NCBI GenBank assembly: GCA_903888345.1
Contig: CAISTG010000036.1
Location: forward strand, 1,988-65,987
Reading direction: 5' to 3'
Length of the DNA stretch: 64,000 nt
Origin: Candidatus Buchananbacteria bacterium
Lineage (GTDB): Bacteria; Patescibacteriota; Patescibacteriia; 2-01-FULL-39-33
In this document: one piece after another, positions 19,261 to 30,073 of the stretch
Layout: each line of letters opens with the position of its first letter
Numbering within the stretch: the first letter of the stretch is position 1
Program-made: the position numbers and the translations under genes
The notes under the pieces: model-generated
Told to the model about the DNA's origin: nothing
What the model saw: the letters and a program-made list of their open reading frames with translations, nothing else
Databases searched by the model: none

Positions 19261-20145
19261 ATGTTTAACGGTCAAACTGACAATCGAGGCGTAATCCTGG
19301 TCTTTACTTTATTGATTATGGCGATTTTATTATCTACCGCAATTGGTTTTTCTTATTTTATTATGAGCGACATCAATAAAGCGAAGGCGATCGATGATTC
19401 TATCATCGCTTATTACGCAGCTGATGCTGGCATGGAAGAATCTTTGTATCTTTATAAAAAAGAGCAGGTGGCACCGTCGTTAAATACCTTGAAGGCATTA
19501 CGGCCAACTGGTAAAACACTTGAATTGTCGGGTGGCGCTTGGAGTATTAATGATTCGACTGATTATGAAAAAGGTTTTTTGCGGCAACGTTTGTATAATG
19601 GCCAAAGTATTAAGTTTTTTGTTTTGAATCGTAATGCGGCGCAGCAGCCGAATGAGACTCAAAGTTTATCGGTTTATTGGTTGCGCGGGGAAGCAACGAC
19701 CGCTAAATTACAAGTGACCTTAACGCAACTAGTTCCGCAGCAGCAGGATGGCTCATTAGTTTATTATACGGACACCTCAGTTTTGGAGGCGGCGGATTCT
19801 GTTACCAATGCTAGTGGCCAGACCTGCTATTTATTGAAAAATTCTTCTTTACCGGGGAATCCGGTTTTAACTCAGCCGTCGGATTATGTGGCTGAATTGA
19901 AGGTGTTGGGGAGTCAACAGGACTTTGTTGACCGGATTGAAGTTAAAGCTTATAATAATTCCGAATGTAAGGATGTGGGAGTCAATGGTCTTAACGAACA
20001 AGGTATCACTAACGTGACTCTAAAGTCTCGTGGACATTATGGACGCGCTGATCAGAGTATTGTTGCTCAAATCGTGCCACAAGACCCAGTTTCGGGGTTG
20101 TTAGGATTTGTTTTGTTTTCCGAAAATGACATCACTAAGGAGTAA
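19261..20145 (+). CDS. PilX-like minor pilin / pilus-associated protein (PilX_N-type domain).
   Basis: N-terminal transmembrane helix followed by AYYAADAGMEESLY, which matches the A.YAAEAGLE motif of PilX N-terminal domains. Confidence 0.55.
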   Translation: MFNGQTDNRGVILVFTLLIMAILLSTAIGFSYFIMSDINKAKAIDDSIIAYYAADAGMEESLYLYKKEQVAPSLNTLKALRPTGKTLELSGGAWSINDSTDYEKGFLRQRLYNGQSIKFFVLNRNAAQQPNETQSLSVYWLRGEATTAKLQVTLTQLVPQQQDGSLVYYTDTSVLEAADSVTNASGQTCYLLKNSSLPGNPVLTQPSDYVAELKVLGSQQDFVDRIEVKAYNNSECKDVGVNGLNEQGITNVTLKSRGHYGRADQSIVAQIVPQDPVSGLLGFVLFSENDITKE

Positions 20146-20158
20146 TCATTGTCGTTAA

Positions 20159-22165
<2,007 letters not shown>

Positions 22166-22167
22166 AC

Positions 22168-22200
22168 TATTGACAAAACTCGTAGTTTATTATATATATA
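22168..22200 (+). promoter_or_regulatory. Sigma70-like promoter for the extra small pilin gene (approximate coordinates).
   Basis: TTGACA, a 17-nt spacer, then TATATA, about 60 nt upstream. The Shine-Dalgarno site AAGGAG lies 7 nt before the ATG at 22261. Confidence 0.4.
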
Positions 22201-22260
22201 AATTATTGTTTGTAATTTAAATTATCAACCAAAGAAGCAACTTGAACAAGGAGCCGAAAA

Positions 22261-22623
22261 ATGAAGCGATCTAATGGATTTACTTTGATAGAGGTGGCAA
22301 TAGTTGTGACGATAATTTGCATTATGGCAGCGCTACTTATTCCTAGTCTTTCTGGTCAGAGGGACGAGTATTTGAAACGTCAATCCATGGTCATTGACTT
22401 ATTTAATGATCAGGAGGTGAAAGTGGAAAGTTGGATGTTTTATTGGGTAGTTGATGATATTGCCAGTGCGTGGTGCGTAAATCACAGTATTCCGGTTGAT
22501 CAGCGCCAAGCCAAGACTAAAGAGCTGATTGATAGATTCAAGTATTCGGTCAATAACGCCAAGATTAAGCTCTTGCCGCTACCGACAGAAAATAACACCA
22601 TCGCTGCAGGCAATTCGCAATAA
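22261..22623 (+). CDS. Small type IV pilin-like protein of 120 aa, with its own promoter, Shine-Dalgarno site and terminator.
   Basis: MKRSNG|FTLIEVAIVVTIICIMAALLIP prepilin motif. A strong Shine-Dalgarno site precedes it, unusual in this genome. A perfect terminator follows. Confidence 0.7.
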   Translation: MKRSNGFTLIEVAIVVTIICIMAALLIPSLSGQRDEYLKRQSMVIDLFNDQEVKVESWMFYWVVDDIASAWCVNHSIPVDQRQAKTKELIDRFKYSVNNAKIKLLPLPTENNTIAAGNSQ

Positions 22624-22644
22624 TCTTGCTCATTTTGAACTATC

Positions 22645-22671
22645 GTCCAGACTCAGGTCTGGACTTTTTTG
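22645..22671 (+). terminator. Rho-independent terminator.
   Basis: Perfect 8-bp stem gtccagac, loop tcag, gtctggac, followed by TTTTTT. Confidence 0.7.
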
Positions 22672-22749
22672 ATTTTTGAAAGGCAATTATTGTTACTTGA
22701 TTTTTTGGGTGTTTTTGTGTTATACTCAAATCAAAATAGACACTAAATT

Positions 22750-24249
22750 ATGGCAAAAATATCTCAAATTAGGCTTGCCGAAATCTTTCCGGCAGCAATT
22801 ATTATCGCCACATTTCTAGTGGCGATTGGACTTTCGATGGTTAAGCCGATTTGGTCGGTTTATTTTATTATTGTGTTTTCGGTTTATTGGATCGTGCGTT
22901 TGTTTTATATGTTGATTTGGCTGTTGATTTCTTGGTATAAATATCGTCGCGATATTCGCGTTAATTGGTTTGCTGAGCTCAAGCAGTTGCCAAAAAATTA
23001 TTTAGATTATTATCATGTCATTACGCTGCCCACTTACAAAGAGCCTTATGAAGTTATTGAAAGAACTTTTGAGGGTTTATTAAAATGTGAATACCCGGCC
23101 AATAAAATAATTATTGTGTTGGGCGGTGAAGAGGGTGATAAGGAAAATTTCTTGTCAATCGCTGACAGGATTCGGGAGAAATACGCGCTTCATTTTTATC
23201 ACTTTATTACCACTGTTCATCCGCGCAGTCCCGATGAATTACCCGGTAAGGGCAGCAATGTCAATTACATGGAAGGCTTTTTGAAAGAATTTGTCGATGC
23301 CCAGCAATTGCCTTATGAGAATATTATTGTTTCTTGCTTTGATATCGAAACTTTGCCACATCCGCAGTATTTTGCTTGTTTGACTTATAAATATTTGACG
23401 CATCCGAATCCGACCCATGCCAGCTATCAACCATTAGTTTTGTATAACAACAACGTTTGGGAGTCTAACCCAATCATCCGAGTAGTGGCTTGTGCCACCA
23501 CCTTTTGGTTATTGACGGACATGTCACGGTCTGAACGCTTACTGACTTTTTCGAGTCACGCCATGCCATTTAAAATGATTATGGACGTTGGTGGTCATGA
23601 CAAAACGATTGTTTCCGAAGATAGTCGCATTTGTTTGCAGGCGATTGTTAAATATGACGGCGATTATGAGGTGGTGCCGATGTTTGTCACGGTCTCCATG
23701 GATACGGTGTATATTGGTAAATTCTGGCAGTCGCTGGGAAATCAGTATAAGCAGATGCGTCGCTGGGCTTGGGGTGTGGAACATTTCCCTTGGATGTGGG
23801 ATAACTTTTTTGGTAAGCATGCCAATAAGCGCATGCCACTCTCTAAACGTTTAAAATTCCTTTGGGTTCAGGCGGAAGGTATGTATTCTTGGGCTACCGC
23901 GCCATTATTGATTTTGGTTATTGGACGTTTGCCATTGCTCTTAGCTTCCTCTGGCGATAAAGCCACAGCCTTTGTACAAAATGCGCCGATCACTTTGGAG
24001 CGCTTGATGACTGTCGGTATGTTCGGTTTAATTTTGAATGCTGTGATGTATACCTTCGTGTTGCCCGAACGGCCGAAAGATAAATCATTATTTAATTATC
24101 TGATCATGGTGGCACAGTGGGTAATTTTTCCTTTCACGATGATAATTTTTGGTTCGATCCCAGCGATTGATGCGCAACTCCGATTACTTTTGGGTGGCAA
24201 GTATCGTTTGGGTTTTTGGGTCACTGAGAAAAAAATAACTTCTAAATAA
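22750..24249 (+). CDS. Processive family-2 glycosyltransferase of the cellulose/chitin/hyaluronan-synthase-like type, integral membrane.
   Basis: N-terminal and C-terminal transmembrane helices. Cytoplasmic GT-A domain with a CFDIE D-motif and a SED (TED-like) motif. QMRRW matches the QxxRW signature. A putative promoter TTGATT-N18-TATACT with an extended -10 lies about 45 nt upstream. Confidence 0.65.
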   Translation: MAKISQIRLAEIFPAAIIIATFLVAIGLSMVKPIWSVYFIIVFSVYWIVRLFYMLIWLLISWYKYRRDIRVNWFAELKQLPKNYLDYYHVITLPTYKEPYEVIERTFEGLLKCEYPANKIIIVLGGEEGDKENFLSIADRIREKYALHFYHFITTVHPRSPDELPGKGSNVNYMEGFLKEFVDAQQLPYENIIVSCFDIETLPHPQYFACLTYKYLTHPNPTHASYQPLVLYNNNVWESNPIIRVVACATTFWLLTDMSRSERLLTFSSHAMPFKMIMDVGGHDKTIVSEDSRICLQAIVKYDGDYEVVPMFVTVSMDTVYIGKFWQSLGNQYKQMRRWAWGVEHFPWMWDNFFGKHANKRMPLSKRLKFLWVQAEGMYSWATAPLLILVIGRLPLLLASSGDKATAFVQNAPITLERLMTVGMFGLILNAVMYTFVLPERPKDKSLFNYLIMVAQWVIFPFTMIIFGSIPAIDAQLRLLLGGKYRLGFWVTEKKITSK

Positions 24250-24250
24250 A

Positions 24251-25294
24251 ATGAATCAGGCTAGTAATAAAGTAATTTTTATAATCGTCACGCGAAACAG
24301 CAAACGGTTTATGCCGTCGTGCTTAGAATCGATTTTAAATCAGACTAATCGTGACTTTCAAGTGGCGGTCATTGATAATAATTCTGCTGATGGCACCGCT
24401 AGTTTTGTGCGTTCTAATTATCCAATGGTTTCGGTTATTGAGAACAATAAGAATACTGGTTTTGCCAAAGCTAATAATCAAGGCATTAGGTTATTTAAAG
24501 CGCCTTATGTGATTTTATGTAATCCAGATATTGTGTTGACGCCGGACTGGTTAGAAAAAATGCTGGCGGCAGCTGAAGCAGAGGAAAACCGCGGCTATGG
24601 GGTTTTTGGTGGACGCTTGCTCAAATTAAAAATGTTGAATTTAGAAACTGGTGATATGGAAAAAACGGAGGTGGTGGACTCTTGTGGTTTGAAATTGTTA
24701 AAAAATCATCGATTCGTGGAATTAGGGGCAGGCGAAGATCAATCCAATTGGACAACTGATCAACAAGTGTTTGGTCACTCTGGTGCGCTGGTAATGTTTC
24801 GTCGCACCGCTTTAGAAGAAGTAGCGATTCGAGATAAATTTCATCAGTTGGGCGATTATTTGGACGGTAGCTTTTTCTTTTATAAAGAGGATGTTGATTT
24901 GGCTTGGCGGCTAAATGTTTTGGGCTTCAAGTCTCTGCTGGTAGCTGGTGCCACCGCTTATCATTTGCGCACCTTTTCTTTAAGCGAAACAATTAAGACG
25001 AGTGAGGTGATTAGCAATCGTCGGCAGCAGAATTATCTCGCTAAATATTATTCTTATCGTAATCATTTATTGTTGTTGTTGGAAAATTCATTTTTCAGTA
25101 ATTTATTTTTGTATAGCCCACAGATTTTCTGGTTGGAGTTAAAAAAGTTAATTTACGTAATCTTTTTTGAGCCGCGAAATTTACTAGCTTGGGTGGAAGT
25201 AATTAAAATGGTGCCGGAGATTAGAATCAAGCGTCAACAGCTCATGGCGCAAGCTAAGATACTGCCAAGAGATTTTCGTGAATGGCTGGGATAA
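24251..25294 (+). CDS. Family-2 glycosyltransferase.
   Basis: IFIIVTRNS...AVIDNNSADGT N-terminal GT-A fold. DxD-like region present. Confidence 0.75.
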   Translation: MNQASNKVIFIIVTRNSKRFMPSCLESILNQTNRDFQVAVIDNNSADGTASFVRSNYPMVSVIENNKNTGFAKANNQGIRLFKAPYVILCNPDIVLTPDWLEKMLAAAEAEENRGYGVFGGRLLKLKMLNLETGDMEKTEVVDSCGLKLLKNHRFVELGAGEDQSNWTTDQQVFGHSGALVMFRRTALEEVAIRDKFHQLGDYLDGSFFFYKEDVDLAWRLNVLGFKSLLVAGATAYHLRTFSLSETIKTSEVISNRRQQNYLAKYYSYRNHLLLLLENSFFSNLFLYSPQIFWLELKKLIYVIFFEPRNLLAWVEVIKMVPEIRIKRQQLMAQAKILPRDFREWLG

Positions 25295-25326
25295 ATAATT
25301 ACGAATTGAAAATTAAGAATAACAAA

Positions 25327-26100
25327 ATGGAAATTTCAATCATTATTAATAATTATAAAACTCGAGGTCTACTCAAACAATGCCTGAAGGGGATTTATGC
25401 TAATCCGCCAGCAGTGCCTTTTGAAGTTGTTGTTGTTGATAATAATTCTGGTGATGGTTCGGTGGAGTTAGTGCAGGAAATGTTTCCGCGGGTTATGGTT
25501 ATCGCCTCTAAAGAAAATCTTGGCCACCATAAGGGTAATAATCTCGGTATCAAGAATTCGACTGGCAAATATATTTTAATTTTAAATACGGATATTGCGG
25601 TCATGGATGATGCCTTCGATAAGATGTATCGATTTCTCGAAGATCAGCCTCAAGTGGCTTTAATTGGGCCGAAGTTAAAAAATCCTGACGGGAGCATTCA
25701 AATGTCTTGCATGCGTTTTCCGCATTTACTCACGCCGTTTTATCGCCGCACTTTTTTGGGTAAATTTAAATTCGCTCAAGATGAAGTTCGGCAGTACTTG
25801 ATGGAAGACTTTAATCATCTAGAAACGAAACCAGTTGATTGGATCTTGGGTGCCTGCGAAATGGTGCGCCGCAGCGCAATTGATCAAGTCGGCGGCATGG
25901 ACGAAGATTTATTTTTATATTTTGGCGATGTGGCTTGGTGTAAAAAATTCTGGTTGGCGGGATTGCCCGTATATTATTTTGCTGATTGTGAAATTATTCA
26001 TTATCACAAGCGTGAGTCGGCTGAAAGTGGTATTCTATCGAGAATTTTCTGGATTCATATTTTAGATTGGATTCGGTATTTGACCAAGTGTTACAAATAA
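25327..26100 (+). CDS. Family-2 glycosyltransferase.
   Basis: ISIIINNYKT...VVVDNNSGDGS. The ORF-track start at 25282 overlaps the preceding gene; an internal Met at 25327 is the more likely start. Confidence 0.75.
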   Translation: MEISIIINNYKTRGLLKQCLKGIYANPPAVPFEVVVVDNNSGDGSVELVQEMFPRVMVIASKENLGHHKGNNLGIKNSTGKYILILNTDIAVMDDAFDKMYRFLEDQPQVALIGPKLKNPDGSIQMSCMRFPHLLTPFYRRTFLGKFKFAQDEVRQYLMEDFNHLETKPVDWILGACEMVRRSAIDQVGGMDEDLFLYFGDVAWCKKFWLAGLPVYYFADCEIIHYHKRESAESGILSRIFWIHILDWIRYLTKCYK

Positions 26101-26109
26101 TTATTTTGA

Positions 26110-26270
26110 CTTTCCACTTTTAACTTTTAACTAACTATTCTAACCTTTTAACTTTTAACTTTTAACTTTCCACTTTTAACTAACTATTCTAACCTTTTAA
26201 CTTTTAACTTTCCACTTTTAACTTTTAACTAACTATTCTAACCTTTCCACTTTCCACTTTTAACTTTTAA
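26110..26270. repeat. Array of 23 in-register heptanucleotide repeats: CTTTTAA (12 copies), CTTTCCA (5 copies) and CTAACTA+TTCTAAC (3 pairs). The higher-order unit is about 49 bp.
   Basis: Read directly from the sequence. Every unit begins in the same 7-nt phase from about 26110 to 26270, between the stop of the third GT2 gene and the ATG at 26285. Confidence 0.85.
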
Positions 26271-26284
26271 CTATTTATATATCT

Positions 26285-28255
26285 ATGTTCTTTCGCCGTA
26301 AACCTTGGTTGGCCAATTATCTGACCGATCACAATTTAATTAAGCGCCCCACTTCGTGGTGGAAAAAACTCCTACCGGTAGCTATTGTTGTTGGTGTTAT
26401 TTTGTTGATCGTAGTTGTTCCACTTGGCGTGAGTGGTTATCAAATTTATAGTAAATTAGTTAACTTAAATAAATTGGCGGAAGTAATGATTGCTGATGTT
26501 AAGGCAGGGAAGTTAACGGAGGTTAAAAATAATTTGTCAGCGGTTGAGGGCGACTTAATTTATATTAAAGCGAAAGCGAAATTAGCGGGACCAATTTTAC
26601 TTTGGCCGTCTATCGGCAAAACCGCCAAAACGGCGGATCAGATGCTTTCTGCCTCGATTGATTTATTGCAAGGCTATCAGCAGATTTTGGGAGTATTTTC
26701 TGATTTAACGAGCTCCACTGATGAAACACAGGTTATCACTAGTTTTAATTCACCAGAAGGCAAAAAGAAAATGCTCGCTGCCATTGTTAAAAATAGAAGT
26801 ACTTTAGAGGAGGCAAAATTCAAAATTAAAGCGGCCAAGATGGAGTTGGCAGCGATTAATACCAATGACTTGACTGGAATATTGAAAGATAAAGTTATTT
26901 ATGTCAATAATTTACTTTATGAAATTACTGATCAAAGTTATGTCGCCTTGCCTTTGTTTAAATATTTGCCGGAGTTGGCTGGCTATGGAATTGAAAAGAA
27001 TTACTTGATACTATTTCAGAATAATATGGAATTGCGGCCGACGGGCGGCTTTATTGGGAGCTATGGGTTAATCAAAGTTAAGGATGGTGAGATTATTAGT
27101 ATCACGACTGATGATATTTATAATTTAGATAAGTATTCTAAAGATATTTTGAAAGTACCAGCGCCTTGGGCAATGACCGCCTATAATGGCCAGAAATATT
27201 TGTTTTTGCGTGATGCTAATTGGTCGCCCGATTGGCCGACTGATGCCGAGCAAATCTTGTGGCTCTGGGATATCGAACGTGCCAACGCCAAATTACCACC
27301 GCAGAAGTTAGACGGCATTATCGCCATTACACCGGATTTTATAGCCAATTTTTTGGATTTGACGGGGCCAATAACGGTGGACGGAGTTACTTTCCATAAA
27401 AACAATTTTGCCATTGAATTGGAGCAGGCGGTGGAATTTAATTATGTCGATAAGGGCATTCCCATTGAGCAACGCAAAGCGATTATTGGTGATTTGACCA
27501 AAGAAATTATGAAGCGAGTCATGGCCTCTTCGCCAACTCAGCTGCTAGCACTCTGGGGTATTATGAAAGATAATATCGAGAGCAAACAAATTATTGCCTG
27601 GTTGAATGACGCGACCTTACAGGATTATTTCTCGAATGAAAATTGGTCCGGCGAGGTGCGAGCGGCGGACTCTGATTATTTGTATGTCGTTGATGCTAAC
27701 TTGGCGGCATTAAAAACTGATTCAGTTATGAAACGTTCGACTAGCTATGCTTTGTCGGTTGATGCGAATGGGGATTTAACTGCTCGTGCGGAAATAACTT
27801 ATCAACACGCCGGCAAGGCGGTGCAAGCCTTGATTAGTAAGTATCGTACTTATACTAGAGTCTATACGCCAGAAGGCACTTGGTTTACAAAGATTTATAC
27901 TAAAGACAAGACCGGCGTTCAGAATTATGACTTACAAAAGAATGTGGAGCTGAAAAGTGAATTGGGTAAACGTTCGGCAGGAGTATTTTTAGAGGTCCAG
28001 CCGGGAGAAACCAAAACCTTAGTTTTGGAATACAAATTACCGGCTAGTGTCAAGACTTTATACCAAAATGGCCTCTATAAATTGCTCGTCCAGAAGCAAC
28101 CGGGGACGACTGGACATAACCTGGGAATTGATTTAAAATTTGGGCAACTGATAACCGCTTATCATGCTGATAAATTGCCGGTGAGTTTTAAGGGAAAGAA
28201 TCTATTGTTTAACTTGGATTTGAATTCAGATCAAGAAGTAACGGTTAAATTTTAG
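26285..28255 (+). CDS. Large N-terminally membrane-anchored extracytoplasmic protein of 656 aa. DUF4012-like; family assignment is tentative.
   Basis: Single N-terminal transmembrane helix LLPVAIVVGVILLIVVVPLGV. Contains RPTGGFIGSYG, which I recall as characteristic of DUF4012 proteins found in envelope polysaccharide loci. No catalytic motif recognised. Confidence 0.45.
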   Translation: MFFRRKPWLANYLTDHNLIKRPTSWWKKLLPVAIVVGVILLIVVVPLGVSGYQIYSKLVNLNKLAEVMIADVKAGKLTEVKNNLSAVEGDLIYIKAKAKLAGPILLWPSIGKTAKTADQMLSASIDLLQGYQQILGVFSDLTSSTDETQVITSFNSPEGKKKMLAAIVKNRSTLEEAKFKIKAAKMELAAINTNDLTGILKDKVIYVNNLLYEITDQSYVALPLFKYLPELAGYGIEKNYLILFQNNMELRPTGGFIGSYGLIKVKDGEIISITTDDIYNLDKYSKDILKVPAPWAMTAYNGQKYLFLRDANWSPDWPTDAEQILWLWDIERANAKLPPQKLDGIIAITPDFIANFLDLTGPITVDGVTFHKNNFAIELEQAVEFNYVDKGIPIEQRKAIIGDLTKEIMKRVMASSPTQLLALWGIMKDNIESKQIIAWLNDATLQDYFSNENWSGEVRAADSDYLYVVDANLAALKTDSVMKRSTSYALSVDANGDLTARAEITYQHAGKAVQALISKYRTYTRVYTPEGTWFTKIYTKDKTGVQNYDLQKNVELKSELGKRSAGVFLEVQPGETKTLVLEYKLPASVKTLYQNGLYKLLVQKQPGTTGHNLGIDLKFGQLITAYHADKLPVSFKGKNLLFNLDLNSDQEVTVKF

Positions 28256-28283
28256 GGAGGAGTTTAATAATTAAGCCAGTAAC

Positions 28284-29285
28284 ATGAAAAAAATCGGAAT
28301 TGATTTGGGAACTACAAATATCTTAGTCTACATGCCGGGTAAGGGCGTCGTTATTAATGAACCGTCAGTGGTAGCGATTTCAGCGATTGATAAGAAAGTG
28401 ATTGCGGTTGGTTTAGAAGCCAAAGAAATGTTGGGCCGTACGCCGGACACAATTATTGCGCAGAAGCCACTCAAAGATGGTGTGATTGCTGATTACAAAA
28501 CTACCGAAGCGATGTTGCGTTATTTTATCAACAAAGCAATCGGCGGCATTAGATTATTTCGTCCGGAAGTTATGGTCGCTGTTCCAGCGGGCATTACTTC
28601 AACTGAACGCAAGGCAGTTATTGATGCGACGATTGCCGCTGGCGCTAAAGCGGCTTACATTATTAAAGAACCGGTGGTTGCCGCGATCGGGGCGAATATT
28701 CCCATTGGTTCCGCTTCGGGTCATATGATTATTGATATTGGAGGTGGTACTTCCGAAATCGCGGTGATTTCTTTGGGTGGCATCGTCACTTCGACTTCCG
28801 TGCGTATTGGTGGCAATAAATTAGATCATGCTATTACCGAATTTATTCGACGCAAACATAATTTAGCGATTGGTGAACGTACGGCTGAAGAGGTGAAGAT
28901 CAATGTTGGCTCGGCCTTATATTTGAAAGAAAAAATGTATATGGAGGTGCGGGGTCGTGATATGATTTCTGGTTTACCAAAAACGATCAAGGTTTCTTCT
29001 GATGATATTACCGAAGCGATTCAGCCAGAGTTAGAGGGGATTGTGATGGCCGTGAAATCTGTCTTGCATGAAACACCACCAGAACTTTCCGCAGATGTGA
29101 TTACTAATGGTATTACGATGTCTGGCGGAACTAGTTTGTTACGTAATATTGATAAATTAGTAACGCAAGCCACTGGTATCTCGACTTATGTCGCTGATGA
29201 TGCGCTGTATTGTGTGGCCAAAGGAACTGGCATCGCTTTAGAGAATTTAGAGAGTTATAAACGAAGTATCTTGGCAACAAAATAG
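28284..29285 (+). CDS. mreB: Rod-shape-determining actin homolog MreB, paralog 1 (Mbl-like, stand-alone).
   Basis: MKKIGIDLGTTN phosphate-1 motif. Full actin-fold motifs. Length 333 aa. Confidence 0.85.
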   Translation: MKKIGIDLGTTNILVYMPGKGVVINEPSVVAISAIDKKVIAVGLEAKEMLGRTPDTIIAQKPLKDGVIADYKTTEAMLRYFINKAIGGIRLFRPEVMVAVPAGITSTERKAVIDATIAAGAKAAYIIKEPVVAAIGANIPIGSASGHMIIDIGGGTSEIAVISLGGIVTSTSVRIGGNKLDHAITEFIRRKHNLAIGERTAEEVKINVGSALYLKEKMYMEVRGRDMISGLPKTIKVSSDDITEAIQPELEGIVMAVKSVLHETPPELSADVITNGITMSGGTSLLRNIDKLVTQATGISTYVADDALYCVAKGTGIALENLESYKRSILATK

Positions 29286-29378
29286 TTAATAGTAATTTAA
29301 AATATTAAAAAAGCTCCGCGCTGGGTTTGGACCAGGGTGGAGCTTTAAAGAACGGTTTGGGTTGTTGGCGGGGCCGAG

Positions 29379-29588
29379 TTATTCGGCTGCCGGGCGGTAG
29401 ACGACAACGCGCTTTATGTACGGATTGGAGGTTTCATGGACCATGTCTGTGGTGCGGATAATCTCTTCCGCTCCCAGTCTGTTGGTGTCTTGGTCCAGAA
29501 ACTGATATACAGTTTCGATGCTTCTCTGGAAGAGTGAGACCACAAATGTTTTGACGAGTGGCGGCTGTTTCTGTGTTGTGTCTGACAT
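29379..29588 (-). CDS. Small hypothetical protein of 69 aa with a strong Shine-Dalgarno site (cassette a).
   Basis: AAAGGAG lies 8 nt upstream of the ATG. No homology recognised. Locally higher GC content. Confidence 0.5.
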   Translation of the reverse strand: MSDTTQKQPPLVKTFVVSLFQRSIETVYQFLDQDTNRLGAEEIIRTTDMVHETSNPYIKRVVVYRPAAE

Positions 29589-29637
29589 GGATCATACTCC
29601 TTTGTTGGTTGTGATGGTTTTTTGATCGATATTACGC

Positions 29638-29925
29638 TTACGATTTCTTGCCAGGAGTCAGTACCAGAATGAACCCCGGGTCTGCTCCACTGTACCAGTG
29701 GATGCGTAAAGCGAGACCTCCGTAATAGGCATCGTAGAGTTCCTGCATGTCTTCGAGTGACTCGCAGACAAACAGTCGTTCTCCCAGTCCTTGGTCGTAG
29801 CCGCAGATGACCCGATGATCTTTTGATGGTAGCGAAGGCATTTTTGTCGGCCGCCCGCTAATGTCGCAGATTCGCCTCATGTCATCGGCTCCCGCAACGT
29901 TAGTCTTTTTTCCAAGCTCGATCAT
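29638..29925 (-). CDS. Small hypothetical protein of 95 aa with a strong Shine-Dalgarno site (cassette a).
   Basis: AAAGGAG lies 9 nt upstream of the ATG. A perfect consensus promoter lies about 70 nt upstream on the minus strand. Confidence 0.55.
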   Translation of the reverse strand: MIELGKKTNVAGADDMRRICDISGRPTKMPSLPSKDHRVICGYDQGLGERLFVCESLEDMQELYDAYYGGLALRIHWYSGADPGFILVLTPGKKS

Positions 29926-29996
29926 GTTAAGGTGCTCCTTTTCGATGTTGATTTGACCACGAATCCCGTGGCGGAATTTACTAAACAGGTAATATT

Positions 29997-30029
29997 AGAT
30001 TATATTATATATACTATAATATGTCAATA
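29997..30029 (-). promoter_or_regulatory. Consensus sigma70 promoter TTGACA-N17-TATAAT on the minus strand, driving cassette a (approximate coordinates).
   Basis: Minus-strand read is ttgacatattatagtatatataatataat, located about 30 bp upstream of and divergent from the GT4 gene start. Confidence 0.5.
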
Positions 30030-30073
30030 GCAGTTATTATTAAAAATAATTATTTTTGCTAAATTTAGATAAT

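Noticed and set aside
26100-26284. Could the repeat block be a CRISPR array?
   Set aside because: The units are 7 bp, contiguous with no spacers, and no cas genes are present. It is a heptanucleotide tandem repeat, not a CRISPR array.
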